Source: a virus
Length of the DNA stretch: 64,000 nt
Reading direction: 5' to 3' (one strand)
Virus record (IMG/VR): IMGVR_UViG_3300040801_003053
Location: 6,977 to 70,976 of that record
Made by a program: the position numbers and the translations under genes
The notes under the pieces: model-generated
What the model was told of the DNA's origin: nothing
The model's database searches: none
What the model saw: only the letters and a program-made list of their open reading frames with translations
Shown here: piece after piece, positions 9,679-21,600 of the stretch
How the letters are laid out: each line of letters opens with the position of its first letter
Numbering within the stretch: position 1 is the stretch's first letter

Positions 9679-9698
9679 AACTTAAATCAGTAGATAAA

Positions 9699-10553
9699 AT
9701 GAAAACAGAAGCAGTAAAAGAAAAGAAACTGGGTCAAGACTGGCTGCCCGACCTCGAGGGGGTATGGGAACTGAGATACCAGAAAAAGAAGCCAACAAAC
9801 GTATTTGGAGGACAGACATTGGGCCCGTATGAGAATCCAAGAAACGGTAAGACAATAGAGAGGCGCAATGCTGATGGCAAGGTAATGCCTTATCTCTTCA
9901 TTGAAAGTGAAAGAACCAAATTCTTCCCGGACAATAATATTCAACACAAGCTGGACATTCAGTGGTTGATCCACAATCCAGAAATCACGGTTGAATATTA
10001 CGATCATGTTCCCGATGCTTACAAGGCAATCAAAAAGCCTGGGCCATGGAGGCTTGTGAACCTCAACTTCCAAGATCAAAGAAAGATCGACGAAGACGAT
10101 TACATTGACAAGTTGGTGGGCAGAATTTCATTTGACAGCGGCACAAGTGCCTTGTCATTACATAATTTGAGAGTCATCCTTGCGGAGCTGGGTAAAACTT
10201 ATCGTGACAGGCGATTTGTTTCCAACCCGGTAACCGAGCGCAAGGCCCTGAGAAAAACACTCAAAAATTATGTTCGTGCCGACATTGAAAACGCACGACA
10301 AGTCAATGAAATGATCACCGAGATTGACAAATACGCAAACTCCTTTATCCTCAAAGAAATGAAGCGACTGCGTATTATTGCCAAAAATCCGAATGGCATC
10401 TACAAGTTCAGAAACATTCCTTTGGCAACCGGAGACATAGGGATCCTTAGACATTGGGATGATGAGCCTCAGATCAAAGAGGAAATGATGGATGCACTTT
10501 CCAAAGCTCAAGAGGAAGAGCAAAAGGAAATTGAACGAAGCACGAAAAAGTAA
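9699..10553 (+). CDS. Conserved crAss-like post-MCP structural protein
   Basis: 284 aa, syntenic position right after MCP (inference). Confidence 0.5.
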   Translation: MKTEAVKEKKLGQDWLPDLEGVWELRYQKKKPTNVFGGQTLGPYENPRNGKTIERRNADGKVMPYLFIESERTKFFPDNNIQHKLDIQWLIHNPEITVEYYDHVPDAYKAIKKPGPWRLVNLNFQDQRKIDEDDYIDKLVGRISFDSGTSALSLHNLRVILAELGKTYRDRRFVSNPVTERKALRKTLKNYVRADIENARQVNEMITEIDKYANSFILKEMKRLRIIAKNPNGIYKFRNIPLATGDIGILRHWDDEPQIKEEMMDALSKAQEEEQKEIERSTKK

Positions 10554-10570
10554 TTTAAAACTGCAATACA

Positions 10571-11218
10571 ATGGCCTTCTCCATAGATTATCTCTACAAC
10601 AAGTTTCTTGACAAGATAGACAAGCAGGGAACCAATACCGTCAGTTTACCGCGAACCATGGAAATGCTCGTGACACAGACGTATAGCTTTCTTGAATCGA
10701 TCATAAACTTCAATGAGATAAATCAAAAGCAGAGAGATCTTGTAGCCCCTTTAAGCAGACCTTTGGATTTGCTGATGGCTGTCAACCCTGCCAATGGAGA
10801 AGAGCTTATTGCAGCTTTGCCTCAAGAGTATTATCATATAGAAACAGTAATCCCCCAAATTCCTGGAAAGACGGTCCGCGAGATCAGCTTTATCAGGAAA
10901 GGGGAATTGCAGGGGCAAAAAATCAATTCCTTGCGAACGCCCACGGATGAGTACCCTACTATAATCCAATACAGCGACTATGTCGCACTTTATGGGTCAT
11001 CTGTATCGCAAGGCGTCAAAATGAAAGGATGGTACTGGAAAAAGCCTGAATTTGGAAATTACGGAGGGGATATCAGTGTTGAGATTGCTGTTGACCTGCC
11101 GGATCATACCGTTGAAAAGATATTGGAAATGATGGTGTCTTCTTACTACAATGAGTTGGGAGATCCCCGACACCAGGGAAAGTCATTACAGGAAGTTAAA
11201 TTTGGGAAAAGTAATTAA
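10571..11218 (+). CDS. Tail ring / head-tail adaptor protein
   Basis: About 215 aa; ALP-x-YYHI...YP motifs and synteny resemble crAss-like ring proteins. Confidence 0.55.
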   Translation: MAFSIDYLYNKFLDKIDKQGTNTVSLPRTMEMLVTQTYSFLESIINFNEINQKQRDLVAPLSRPLDLLMAVNPANGEELIAALPQEYYHIETVIPQIPGKTVREISFIRKGELQGQKINSLRTPTDEYPTIIQYSDYVALYGSSVSQGVKMKGWYWKKPEFGNYGGDISVEIAVDLPDHTVEKILEMMVSSYYNELGDPRHQGKSLQEVKFGKSN

Positions 11219-11220
11219 TC

Positions 11221-11907
11221 ATGCTCACAGAAGAAAACATCGTTCACCAGCTTCAGATAGAATACAAAGGAGGCACAATTAACCAAGACAATCGTATTGG
11301 AGAGCGTGAGATACGATCTTTTCTCCAAGAGCATCGCCCCGATGTTATTCGCCAAGCTTATCGTCGAGACAGAGTTCTTGGCGATTCTGAGTTTCAAGAC
11401 CTTGGTGTTCTGATAACAACGATAGAGGATATGCTTTACGTTGTCGAACTACCGCCGATTGTCATGTTTCCCGGATATGAAAGCATCCGATTGACTTCGG
11501 CTACCGGCAATGCAATTCCTCTGATGAACAAGGAGGATTTCGTTCATTCGCGTAGAAACCGGACCACTCAATTTGGAACTAAAGCTTTTTATTCTGGTAA
11601 TAAAATTCATATTTTTGAGGGTAAGAGTACCGATATAGGTTATGGAGGAACGGCTGGAATAGATGCTGAAATCTCAGCCATTCAAGAAAAGAAAGTCCAT
11701 GTTTCTTGCATTTTGCAGGATCCAAGTGACGATCCGAATTACGACTGGACAAGCAGTCCCTACCCGCTTAATCCTGATCTGATTCCGATACTCAAAAACT
11801 TGATTAAAAAGAACAATCTGTTTATCATGACAGAGATTAAAAAAGATGAAGTCACTAATCAAAAAGAAGATTCCGTGCGCTACCATGACTTAGGAAGAAC
11901 AAATTAG
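11221..11907 (+). CDS. Tail ring / adaptor protein
   Basis: 228 aa; C-terminal ILQDP...YDW-x3-PYPL resembles crAss-like ring proteins. Confidence 0.55.
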   Translation: MLTEENIVHQLQIEYKGGTINQDNRIGEREIRSFLQEHRPDVIRQAYRRDRVLGDSEFQDLGVLITTIEDMLYVVELPPIVMFPGYESIRLTSATGNAIPLMNKEDFVHSRRNRTTQFGTKAFYSGNKIHIFEGKSTDIGYGGTAGIDAEISAIQEKKVHVSCILQDPSDDPNYDWTSSPYPLNPDLIPILKNLIKKNNLFIMTEIKKDEVTNQKEDSVRYHDLGRTN

Positions 11908-11908
11908 G

Positions 11909-12373
11909 ATGGAAATAAAACGAGACGTATTTGGCATTAACTATTTCTTTCAGAAGTGTCTGAGAGGAGGAAAGAAATACGACACGTTAAAGCACTTCGG
12001 AGTCAAAACCCCCTTCAATAAAAAAAAGAAGATCGAGATAAAACAATTTCGATCAATTCTCAAAGCATACAGTGAAGTTTACCTGGGCGATCTTTATTAC
12101 GGGGATCAGCCTATGTATTTTCCTATCGGCGGGAAATTAATGAAAACACGATCACGTAGAAAGAACAAACTTCTGCAGGATTCCATTTACTTCATCTGGT
12201 ATCACCGAATGAAATTGTCCTATGCCCTGAACATGAAGCTGATCAAAGTAAGACACAGTAACATTCATTTGGAATGGACAGACAGGATAAGGGCAACACA
12301 AGACACAAGTCTCTTGGATGAAAAGCATGAGGCTACAATAAAATTAATAACCAAATTGGTGCGAAATGATTAG
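11909..12373 (+). CDS. Basic IHF/HU-like protein of the crAss-like structural module
   Basis: Helix (FRSILKAYSEVYL) followed by YFPIGGKLMK beta motif; IHF-like genes sit among ring genes in crAss-like phages. Confidence 0.4.
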   Translation: MEIKRDVFGINYFFQKCLRGGKKYDTLKHFGVKTPFNKKKKIEIKQFRSILKAYSEVYLGDLYYGDQPMYFPIGGKLMKTRSRRKNKLLQDSIYFIWYHRMKLSYALNMKLIKVRHSNIHLEWTDRIRATQDTSLLDEKHEATIKLITKLVRND

Positions 12374-13082
12374 TGGATTAGTATTCTTTGAAGAGTTGGT
12401 GCAGTCGTTTAAAGACGAAACCGGCATTGAAAACGCTCAAAACTATTACGAGAAATTGGCTCGCATTATTTTTGATGCAGAAGAAGACATAGGGTACCAC
12501 GGCACAATCGTACCAAAGATTAAAACCTACACAAAGGGTTCTGAAGGTTATGACGGCTCTTGGCTTCCGGTTCCTTATGATTTTACAGGGGAATACCATT
12601 ACGCTGCAATCAACACAGGTCGGTGGATGGGTAATGGCATTAAGCTTTATGAAGATGGCCCGGACAGTGTTGACTTGAAATACATGGGATTCATGACGGA
12701 CAGTTATGGGCAGCCTGTAACGACAATGAATCACAAGCGAGCTGTTGTTGCTCGAATGGTTTGGAAAATGTATGCAAGGAAAGTTTTTATGGGCCAGGGA
12801 GATAGGCAGCAATTACGCTATTTGAAAAGAGATTATGAAGATCTTGTTATGGCCTCCAGAGGGCATGATGCTTTCCCGACAGAAGAAGAACTTTCCATTA
12901 TCGGAGAGACTCTGAGAACGCCTACATCACAATTGATCACATTGACATGTGGCCAGGTAGAGGATCCATATGCAGACATACTCATTGGCGGGTCTACAAC
13001 CGCGCCTCCGGGTAGTGGTGATGCTGATTGCGGAGATCTTACCGTAGATATGGTTGCAGTATTTGAAGCAAATTTAACTTAA
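12366..13082 (+). CDS. Tail ring / tubular protein
   Basis: 238 aa; LPVPYDF...VDLKYMGF-x-TD-x2-GQP pattern typical of ring/adaptor proteins. Confidence 0.55.
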   Translation: MISGLVFFEELVQSFKDETGIENAQNYYEKLARIIFDAEEDIGYHGTIVPKIKTYTKGSEGYDGSWLPVPYDFTGEYHYAAINTGRWMGNGIKLYEDGPDSVDLKYMGFMTDSYGQPVTTMNHKRAVVARMVWKMYARKVFMGQGDRQQLRYLKRDYEDLVMASRGHDAFPTEEELSIIGETLRTPTSQLITLTCGQVEDPYADILIGGSTTAPPGSGDADCGDLTVDMVAVFEANLT

Positions 13083-13086
13083 AGCA

Positions 13087-13368
13087 ATGGCAAAATTATC
13101 AGAACAATTAGATACGGAATTAGCTGCGTTTGCAGAGCGAATGGCAGAAGAGTTCAACAAGCGCATGGGGCCATGGAAAGTGCTTACTATTGACGGTAGG
13201 CGCTTCTATCATGTAAAAGGATTGAATAATTTTGTCGATGGCGCTTGGGAGCCTGGCGATAAAGCTGTCGGAGATAAAAACGGCTATGTGATTATCGCTG
13301 AGTTTTTGGGCGGCGATCCTGATGACTGGGATAATGATGCCGTTTGGGATAAATCAACAATAGGATAA
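13087..13368 (+). CDS. Hypothetical tail-associated protein (93 aa)
   Basis: ORF between ring gene and fibre gene. Confidence 0.55.
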   Translation: MAKLSEQLDTELAAFAERMAEEFNKRMGPWKVLTIDGRRFYHVKGLNNFVDGAWEPGDKAVGDKNGYVIIAEFLGGDPDDWDNDAVWDKSTIG

Positions 13369-13378
13369 AAAAAGAATC

Positions 13379-16300
13379 ATGAAAAAATATCTAGTATTAA
13401 TAGCTCTTTTTGTTTTTGCCTTTGGCTATTCGCAACAAGGGCCTCCTCACAAGACTCGAACACAACTTCAGCTTGACGAGGCAGACGAAACAACAACAGT
13501 GAACAACTTGCTCACTCGTGGAGATGACAAGATTGTAGATATTGTCACTTGGGATGAGTTTATCACGCTTCTCGAAAATGAGGGTATTGGTGGTGGTGGA
13601 GCTGGCAATACAGATCTTTCAGCTACGCATAGCCCTACAGGTGTTGTTGTTTCATCAAGTACAGGAGACGATGCTACGCTATTATTCGCTACGCCGATCA
13701 ATGCAGGACTTCTCAGTCCGGCTGACAAAACGATCATAGACAACCTATCTTCTTTTGATCCTACAAATTACGCTCGAACCGATATAGATGAAATTTTCGA
13801 GCAAGGCATAACCGTAATTGACGGCATACGCATAGGCAACCAGAGTACCTATGGATATTTGAATTTTTATGGTGGTGGCACCGGAGAAGTAAAAGCTTCC
13901 ATTTCTTTTGACGCTCAAACCAAAGACATTGTTTTTGTCAACAATGAGGTCAGCGGAAATTATTCCTTTGACGGAACGGTGGCGGTATCGGATCCTGTTG
14001 GAAATACAGATGCAGTCAATATGCAGTACATGGAGGATAATCTTGCCGGAACGACAAACACTACGGCTTTTGTGCCAACGGCCGACTACCATCCTGCAAC
14101 TAAAAAATATGTGGATGATGAAATTATTGCTGGAGGGGGATATAATGATGAAAACGCTCAAGACGCTATTGGAAGCATCTTGTTGGACGGAACAAGTATA
14201 AACTTCACCTACGATGACAACACGCCATCAATTACAGGAGAAGTCATCATGTCGGCTCTTTCAATTACTACAAGCCAGATTACAGACTTCGGAACATATG
14301 TGCAAAGCACAGATAATACAACCTTTACCGGGAATAATACTTTCAATGAGGCGATCACTTACAATGCAACCAATGCCGAGATTGATGCTATTGGAGAAAA
14401 TGTAGTTATGTCTGTAGACTGGTATTTGGACAACCTATATCATACCGGAGATAATATTGCGATTACGCCTGCAGGAAACCTCACTTCAACAGATGTGCAA
14501 AACGCCCTTGAAGAGCTTCAAATTGACATTGACAATACTGTAGCCGGAAATATCCAATACGCCATTACAACGGACTATACGACCGATGCAAGCAACTCAG
14601 GTCAGAAAGGAATCATGACTTCCGGAAATACAATTACCATTGACGGGACAGGGTTGCTTGTTGAATATGAAAATACAATTGTAAATGGGTCGGCAAACAA
14701 TATCACGGTTGATATTGCAGCGGGACAAAGCACATTTAACAACCAAACATTGCCCGCGATACTTGCGCCTGGTTATTATGTCTACATGGAAAAAACAGGA
14801 GCAACACAATGGAGTGTCATTATTGGCGGCGCCGGTGGCGGTGGCGGTGGTGATGTTTACCTGGCAGGCAACCAGACGTTCACCGGCAATAACGTATTTG
14901 ACGAAAACATTACGCTCAATAGTGATCCTACAACAGGGGACCATATTGGAAATGTGACCTACAATGACAATCGCTATGCCACAGAAGAAGTTGATCGCAT
15001 TACAAAAAATGCCAATTTCTCTACAACACTTGCTGAAAAGGGAGATTTTATCGATATGACCGGAGGAACGACTGTCACATTGGATTTGACAGGATTGCCT
15101 GATGGTTACAACCAGACTGTCTTTAATGATACAGGCGGCAATGTTGCTCTCTCATCGGCAAACACAATCAAAGGGCAGAACAATAGTATTCCAAATGGGT
15201 ACTTTGCTACTTATGTTCTCGATTCAGTGGCTGGCGAATGGCTTGTATCTACTCCGGGAGCTGGGGGCGGTAGTGGCGCAGTCGATTCCGTTAATGGAGA
15301 AACAGGAGCCGTTGTTCTTACTTCAGACGATATTGACGATACAGGTCAGGCTCACCAGTTTGTTACGGCTACCGATGTGACCAATTTAGGCAACCTTTCA
15401 GGAGTAAACTCGGGTGACCAGACTATTACGCTTACAGGAGATATTACAGGGTCAGGAACAGGCTCTTTTGCAACGACTATTGCCAATGGGGCCGTACAAA
15501 TGGACGATCTTGACGCAACGGGAACGCCAAGTGCTTCTACCATTCTTTTTGGCGATGGTGTTTGGCGGTCTATATCTGGCGGTGGTGATATGCTCAAAAG
15601 TGTATATGACACAAATGATGATGGAGCGGTCAACAATACAGACAGTCTTGGAGGTGTTGTAGCTTCAGATTATGCAAGATTGAGTCAAGCGAATACATTC
15701 ACTAATATTGGCAATACGTTTCAGACGAGGTTAACAATAGGTGATAATACGATTACAAATCCAACTTTGTATTTTGAATCAACCAATGGACCGAACACAG
15801 GAATCATACAGGCTGATTTGAATGCAATGAGTTTTAATTCAAATGGAATTTCATTTCAAATCAGCAGTGCCAATTCTCAATTACAAACAGCTTGGGATCC
15901 AACAACAGGTGATGGTATCGGAAACCGAGATTATAACGATGGACGTTATGCCATAAATTCTCACAACCACGGAACCTTTGACCGAAATACGGCAGACCTT
16001 TCAGGAGCAACTGTATTTGACCGTATTGCGGTGACTGACGGAATTGTGACAGATATAGGTACGCGAAATATTACACTTGCTAACTTGGGGTATGTGGGAG
16101 ATCTTGATGCAAACAATTATGTGCATCCAACAGGAGACGGAAACTTGCATGTGCCCGCAAGTGGCTCTACCAACTCCGGAAATGTGCTGACAGCAACGTC
16201 AACACCAGGTCAATATGTATGGTCAGCCCCGGCATCCGGCGGCATGACTTCATGGGATATTGAAGTGGACGGTGTTTTTAAAGAGGCTATAACACAAGGA

Positions 16301-16963
16301 GAGAACGTAAGTTTTGATAGCGGGACCGGAATACAGGTAACGGGAACGACGGTCACCAACCCAAATCTGACGTTTGCCCTGACAAATACGGCGGTTACCC
16401 CCGGAACATACAATTCGGCAAATATTACAGTAGACGCTCAAGGGCGTATTACTTCGGCGGCGGCCGGCGCACAGGGAACCATGTCCTCTTTCCGTTTGGT
16501 AGATAAAACTGGAACTCTACGAGAAGCGATAACCGATGGTGAAGACATCGGATTTGTTGGAGGAAACGGAATAGGCGTTGTCATTGACACCACTACGGAT
16601 CCTGATATTACTTTCAGTTTAGGAGGCTTGTCAGCTGATTGGAATGCGGGAAGCTACAATATTACTGCAGGAGGCTTTTATGAAAGCTCTATGCGATCTT
16701 TGAAGATGAACATAGCCCCTTTTACCAAAAGCGCGCTAGAACTCATCAGAAGCCTTGAAATTGTTTCATACGACAGAATAGAGGGTGCTAAGAACAAAAT
16801 AGGGGTGATCATTGAAGATACACCCGAGGAATTTGGAAACGAGGATATGACAGCCGTAGATATTTACAAGACAGTATTTATTCAGGCAAAGGCGATACAG
16901 GAACTTGAAGAAAAAATAGAACAACTCGAATCACGAATTGAAAAGCTAGAGAATGGCAATTGA
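13379..16963 (+). CDS. Tail fibre with C-terminal intramolecular chaperone (peptidase S74) and N-terminal Sec signal peptide
   Basis: Fibre motifs (ATKKYVDD, VDSVNGETGAVVLT, GTYNSANITVDAQGRITSA); S74 start SSMRSLKMNI and terminal coiled coil AIQELEEKIEQLE; MKKYLVLIALFVFAFGYS|Q. Confidence 0.8.
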   Translation: MKKYLVLIALFVFAFGYSQQGPPHKTRTQLQLDEADETTTVNNLLTRGDDKIVDIVTWDEFITLLENEGIGGGGAGNTDLSATHSPTGVVVSSSTGDDATLLFATPINAGLLSPADKTIIDNLSSFDPTNYARTDIDEIFEQGITVIDGIRIGNQSTYGYLNFYGGGTGEVKASISFDAQTKDIVFVNNEVSGNYSFDGTVAVSDPVGNTDAVNMQYMEDNLAGTTNTTAFVPTADYHPATKKYVDDEIIAGGGYNDENAQDAIGSILLDGTSINFTYDDNTPSITGEVIMSALSITTSQITDFGTYVQSTDNTTFTGNNTFNEAITYNATNAEIDAIGENVVMSVDWYLDNLYHTGDNIAITPAGNLTSTDVQNALEELQIDIDNTVAGNIQYAITTDYTTDASNSGQKGIMTSGNTITIDGTGLLVEYENTIVNGSANNITVDIAAGQSTFNNQTLPAILAPGYYVYMEKTGATQWSVIIGGAGGGGGGDVYLAGNQTFTGNNVFDENITLNSDPTTGDHIGNVTYNDNRYATEEVDRITKNANFSTTLAEKGDFIDMTGGTTVTLDLTGLPDGYNQTVFNDTGGNVALSSANTIKGQNNSIPNGYFATYVLDSVAGEWLVSTPGAGGGSGAVDSVNGETGAVVLTSDDIDDTGQAHQFVTATDVTNLGNLSGVNSGDQTITLTGDITGSGTGSFATTIANGAVQMDDLDATGTPSASTILFGDGVWRSISGGGDMLKSVYDTNDDGAVNNTDSLGGVVASDYARLSQANTFTNIGNTFQTRLTIGDNTITNPTLYFESTNGPNTGIIQADLNAMSFNSNGISFQISSANSQLQTAWDPTTGDGIGNRDYNDGRYAINSHNHGTFDRNTADLSGATVFDRIAVTDGIVTDIGTRNITLANLGYVGDLDANNYVHPTGDGNLHVPASGSTNSGNVLTATSTPGQYVWSAPASGGMTSWDIEVDGVFKEAITQGENVSFDSGTGIQVTGTTVTNPNLTFALTNTAVTPGTYNSANITVDAQGRITSAAAGAQGTMSSFRLVDKTGTLREAITDGEDIGFVGGNGIGVVIDTTTDPDITFSLGGLSADWNAGSYNITAGGFYESSMRSLKMNIAPFTKSALELIRSLEIVSYDRIEGAKNKIGVIIEDTPEEFGNEDMTAVDIYKTVFIQAKAIQELEEKIEQLESRIEKLENGN

Positions 16964-18245
16964 TAGTGACAAAATGGTAACATTCTCCGATCTCGGGGAG
17001 CTTGTGGCTTTTGAAGGTTTTGACGTAAAGAATCCTTTCGATGATTCAGTCAAGAAAGCCTGTACAAAAGCTGAGGTCGATGCTGCTATTGAGGTTGAGA
17101 AGATCGCTGAATATGTAAGCTGGCCTTCAAACAAATTGGTGCCACGAAGATTGCTTAATCCAAGACCTTATTATTGGGATGGAATGTTTATCTCTTGCGA
17201 GACAACGGATATTGGTGATGACCCGCCAACGGCACCTGTCATCTACAATACGTCTGCCACGCCAAACAGCCTCACAATAAGTTATTCAATCTCCAGTGAC
17301 GATAATGGGATCGATCATTACCAAGCATATATCCGGAATCCTCAGACGGGAACCGTGAATAGTTACAATGCTGGACTCAGTTTGTTCTATACGTTTAATG
17401 GTTTAAATGCCAACACCCAGTATGAGATGTGGGTTGTGGCGGTAGACACTATCGGTCAAAACTCACCGGACAGCAATCACGTAAACGCTTACACGACATC
17501 GGCAAGTACCGGTGTCAATACAATGGGCATTCTAACCTATGTTGGAGCTAATACAGGATCGGTAGATCTGGTGTGGGCCGATCCCGAGGAAGTGAAGTCT
17601 GGACAGACCGTATCTACATTCCGGTTTGAATATCGTGTTTACGGCAGTGGCAGTAGTTGGACCCTGCATGGATCCTCTGTAAGTGGATCTCTACGGGAAA
17701 CTACATTGACAGGTCTTTCATCCAACACAAATTATGAGATGAGAGCCAGGTTCCAAACCAATACAGGGGAATGGAGTTCTTACAGTAATATCATCATATT
17801 CGCTACAACGGCACCAACGGTCCTTTCTTGTGGAACAACAGATATTGAAGGATCACATAGCAATGTGTCAAAGCAATATACAATCAATATGTCGGGGAGC
17901 ACAGGGTCTTTCATGTTTGAGGTTCAACCCTACTCTGTGCCAGACCGGTTTGTAATTTTGAGCGGTGGCAATGTTTTGTACGATTCAAAATATATCGGAT
18001 CCTCATCGGACTACTTTGTAACTGAATTGGATCGTTTGGGTGTGCCTGCATCCGATCGCAGATTAGGGCAAACTGATCTGATTTTCCCTGAAACAGAAAT
18101 TATCAATGAGGGGCAAACTCTTTACAGGTATGGTCGAAGAGGGTACATAAGTGCAAATCAAATTACAGGAGGCCAGGTTACGCTCATTGTGTTTGCCCCG
18201 GTGAATGTAACTACATGGAGAGCTAAAATACAATGCCCATCATGA
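16953..18245 (+). CDS. Tail-associated protein with two fibronectin type III domains
   Basis: GLNANTQYEMWVVAVD and GLSSNTNYEMRARF FN3 signatures. Confidence 0.75.
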   Translation: MAIDSDKMVTFSDLGELVAFEGFDVKNPFDDSVKKACTKAEVDAAIEVEKIAEYVSWPSNKLVPRRLLNPRPYYWDGMFISCETTDIGDDPPTAPVIYNTSATPNSLTISYSISSDDNGIDHYQAYIRNPQTGTVNSYNAGLSLFYTFNGLNANTQYEMWVVAVDTIGQNSPDSNHVNAYTTSASTGVNTMGILTYVGANTGSVDLVWADPEEVKSGQTVSTFRFEYRVYGSGSSWTLHGSSVSGSLRETTLTGLSSNTNYEMRARFQTNTGEWSSYSNIIIFATTAPTVLSCGTTDIEGSHSNVSKQYTINMSGSTGSFMFEVQPYSVPDRFVILSGGNVLYDSKYIGSSSDYFVTELDRLGVPASDRRLGQTDLIFPETEIINEGQTLYRYGRRGYISANQITGGQVTLIVFAPVNVTTWRAKIQCPS

Positions 18246-18673
18246 GCAATACAGGATACAAAATATGGCTGAGAAGAATCAAGAAATGGTCTGACGATGA
18301 CTCAAATGCAGGGGTTGTTGAAATAAACACCGAGTTCCTGCCAGATGGAGTCACCCCTGACCCTAATTATATTCCAAAAGAATATGACCCGCTCTCCTGC
18401 CCATTGCCAATCACAACATACCCAAGAACACTTTCTGATACGGGAACGGGTGTGATCACTTGTCAGTCGGGAGGCGCATGGCAGAATGCTTATACAAATA
18501 ACCAATTTACGAATCCGGCAGTAGGAAATTATTTCTATCAAGATACGGATGGCTATAACCCTTGGCCTGGAGGTAATAGGTGGTGGAACTTTAACGGTTC
18601 GACAGCAACACAGGTGAAAATTGATAACAACGGAAGAGTCACACAAATACAAACAGGATGCCCCGAATTATGA
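18242..18673 (+). CDS. Small tail-associated protein
   Basis: ATGA overlaps at both ends; TG-x-K...DPNY-x-P-x2-D-x3-CP motif seen in Bacteroidota phage tail proteins. Confidence 0.55.
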   Translation: MSNTGYKIWLRRIKKWSDDDSNAGVVEINTEFLPDGVTPDPNYIPKEYDPLSCPLPITTYPRTLSDTGTGVITCQSGGAWQNAYTNNQFTNPAVGNYFYQDTDGYNPWPGGNRWWNFNGSTATQVKIDNNGRVTQIQTGCPEL

Positions 18674-21600
18674 AAAACTTAATCTACATACTACTTTTCG
18701 CAACATCGATAATGTTTTGTCAAAACCCGGCAATCGTTCAAGTGCAAATAGGTCAAGAAGCTGAAAAGCCACCTGTAGAGCCTAAAGATTATTTGGAGTT
18801 TCTAACAACATCCAATTCGGCTACATTTTCTCCAGATGATATTATCAATTCTGGAGGTGATTTAACCTGGACAGTAAACGGCGGCCAAAGCCAAACCATT
18901 TCAGGTAGTGTTGAGCCTGTCTTTGATTTAAGCGGCAATGTCGATACAGACACCATACGCATAAAATCATTGACCGATTTTGTTGGGTTGACCAAGATCA
19001 CATTTACAGATAAAGCCATTACTGGGTTTGATGTTAGCCTAGCGCAAGACCTCTATACATTTGAAGTTAAGATTGGCAACACCCTTTCAGAAGCTGATGT
19101 GACAAGCAATTTGGAACTGGGAGAGCTGGTCATACGCGATCAGCTGATTACGAGCATAGACATATCTAGCAATCCCGATCTTTTTGAATTATGGGCCTAC
19201 AGAAACAGCCTAAACTATCTGGACATATCTAATAATCCTTTACTTACAACTGTTTCTATTCATGGAAACAATCTACAATCAGCAACTTTGGACTCGATTG
19301 TCAACCAGCTTGATTCCAATGGCCTTTCCAATGGGCGTTTGGATATTATCAACAATGCAGGGTCTTTAACCGGAGCTGTATATACCGCTTATCAAAATTT
19401 AATTGCCAGAGGATGGACGATTGATGTTGGCCCTCCTGACAATCCGGCTGACGCAGGGCTTACTCCTGTTCTCTCAGCCTTTTATGTGGACGATGTCAAT
19501 CCGGACCGGGTTTACTTTGATGCTTCAGCAGACATCACAGGTTTAACTCAGCAAGGATTTACAGTATCTGGAAAGACACTGGAAGCCTCTAATGGACTTG
19601 TCATTGACGGTGATGGTCTTGGTGGTTATTTAGACGTTACTGTACCTTTTACCTATTGGGATAACCTTTTGGTTTGGCTTGAGGGTGGTAATGGGACTGT
19701 ACACGACTTTATGCAAGTGGAAGTTGATAATCGTATTTCTGAGCCATCGTCTACGGGTAGCACGTATTACGTTACAACTTCAGGTAATGACGGAAATGAT
19801 GGCTTGTCGGAAGGTAATGCCTGGAGAACTTTAGCCTATGCGGATGGACAATTATCAGCAGGAGATATTCTTTACGTTAAGGCGGGTAATTATGGTGATG
19901 ATAAAATGTATCTGGTTAACAGGGCCGGGACAGCCGCAAATCCAATTAAGATCATTGGATATAAAAACACACCAGGAGATATTACAACAAATTACTACGA
20001 TTACGGAGTAGCCTGGTCTACAAGTGAAATGCCAACTGTTGATGGTAATGGTGCAGTCACAAGGGCTTTTGAGGCTACTGGGGCAAGCTATTTAATCGTA
20101 AAGAATTTCCAATATACAGATCATAGATATGGAATGTATTTTGCAAATACAACCACAGCTAATAACATTCATGTTGAGCGTTGTAACTTCCTAGATCAAG
20201 GAGATGTATCTACGGACGGGGCTAGTGTTTACAGTACAGGAATTGCAAATACAAAAATGCGATTCAAAGATTGTGTATTCAATGATGCTTCCGATGTCAA
20301 TATCGTTTTGATGGGCAACAACAATTCAATCATTGACTGTAAATCTTACGGAGAGAGGACAGATAATAACTTCCCTGACCTTGACTTGGAAACCGACTAC
20401 TACTACATCATATCTGGCTTGTACAATACGATAATTGGAAGCATAGCAGAAAGAAAAGGTCAAACAGATCACGGTGGTCATGGCATCTCCTTGAAAAATC
20501 AGTATTACACTGTTGATAACACCTATGCCGTTGAGAGAAATTTAGTCAAGAATTGTGTTGTTAAAAATATCAATGGAGCGGTTGAACTGCGCCATGCAAC
20601 TGTTCAAGATAATTATGTCTATAACGTTGAAATGGACGCTTCTGGAGGTGGAACAACATCGGCAGGACTTGTCATTCGTGACGGTGCTAAAAACAACGTA
20701 GTGGACGCTTGCGAGGTTCACAGCATACCAACAGGGGCTTCTTTTTATGGAGCTGTCTACTTTACCAATACGAGTGAGGATCAATCCTCTAACCAAAATA
20801 TAACTGGTAACATCATCAAGAACTGCATCTTTAGGGATGGCGGAGCGAATGTTCACGCAATTAATTGGGGAACAACAGGAACATACGCATACACGGTAAG
20901 CGGAAACAAGTTCTACAACAATACGTTTGACAACTTCCCACGATTCCAAAACAAAGATGGTATTGTGGTTGTGAGTTCGGACAATGAGTTCAAGAACAAC
21001 ATTTTTAACGATGTGACTGTGTTGGGTGACGCGGTTGCAAATGTATATGACTACAACCTATTCTTTAATGGATTTGCAGCCCAAGGAACAAATACAATAA
21101 CAATCGATCCTCAAATGGATATTAGTTATGTCCCTGGTGCTACTTTCACAGATATTGATGTACCAGCTTTATCATCTGTCAAATACGATAAAAACAGCAG
21201 GGAGCGAAATAGAACTTTAACCACTGCTGGGGCACAAAGTCATTCTGAAGAGCCCTCAAACACAGAAAACCTATCAACTCCTGTTCTCTCAGCTTTCTAT
21301 GTAGATGACACTAACCCGGATCGAGTGTATTACACTTCAAGCGATGATGAATCTGGATTAACAACTCAAGGTTTCACGATTTCCGGAAAAACCGTATCAG
21401 GAATAAACACGACAGACAACTATATTACCGTATCTACTCCATTTACTTATTGGGATTTTGCAATAACGATTAAGCTAGAGAATGGAAATGGAGTAGTGCA
21501 TGATTTCTATTTGAATGAAGTTGTCAACAACATCTCAGAGCCTACAAACTCCACGATTAAATATGTAGCCGTTGGAGCATCGGGATCAGGAGACTCAACA

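Noticed and set aside
14825-14851. GGCGGT/GGTGGT microsatellite-like run
   Set aside because: It encodes a Gly linker between fibre modules, similar to other linkers in the same gene.
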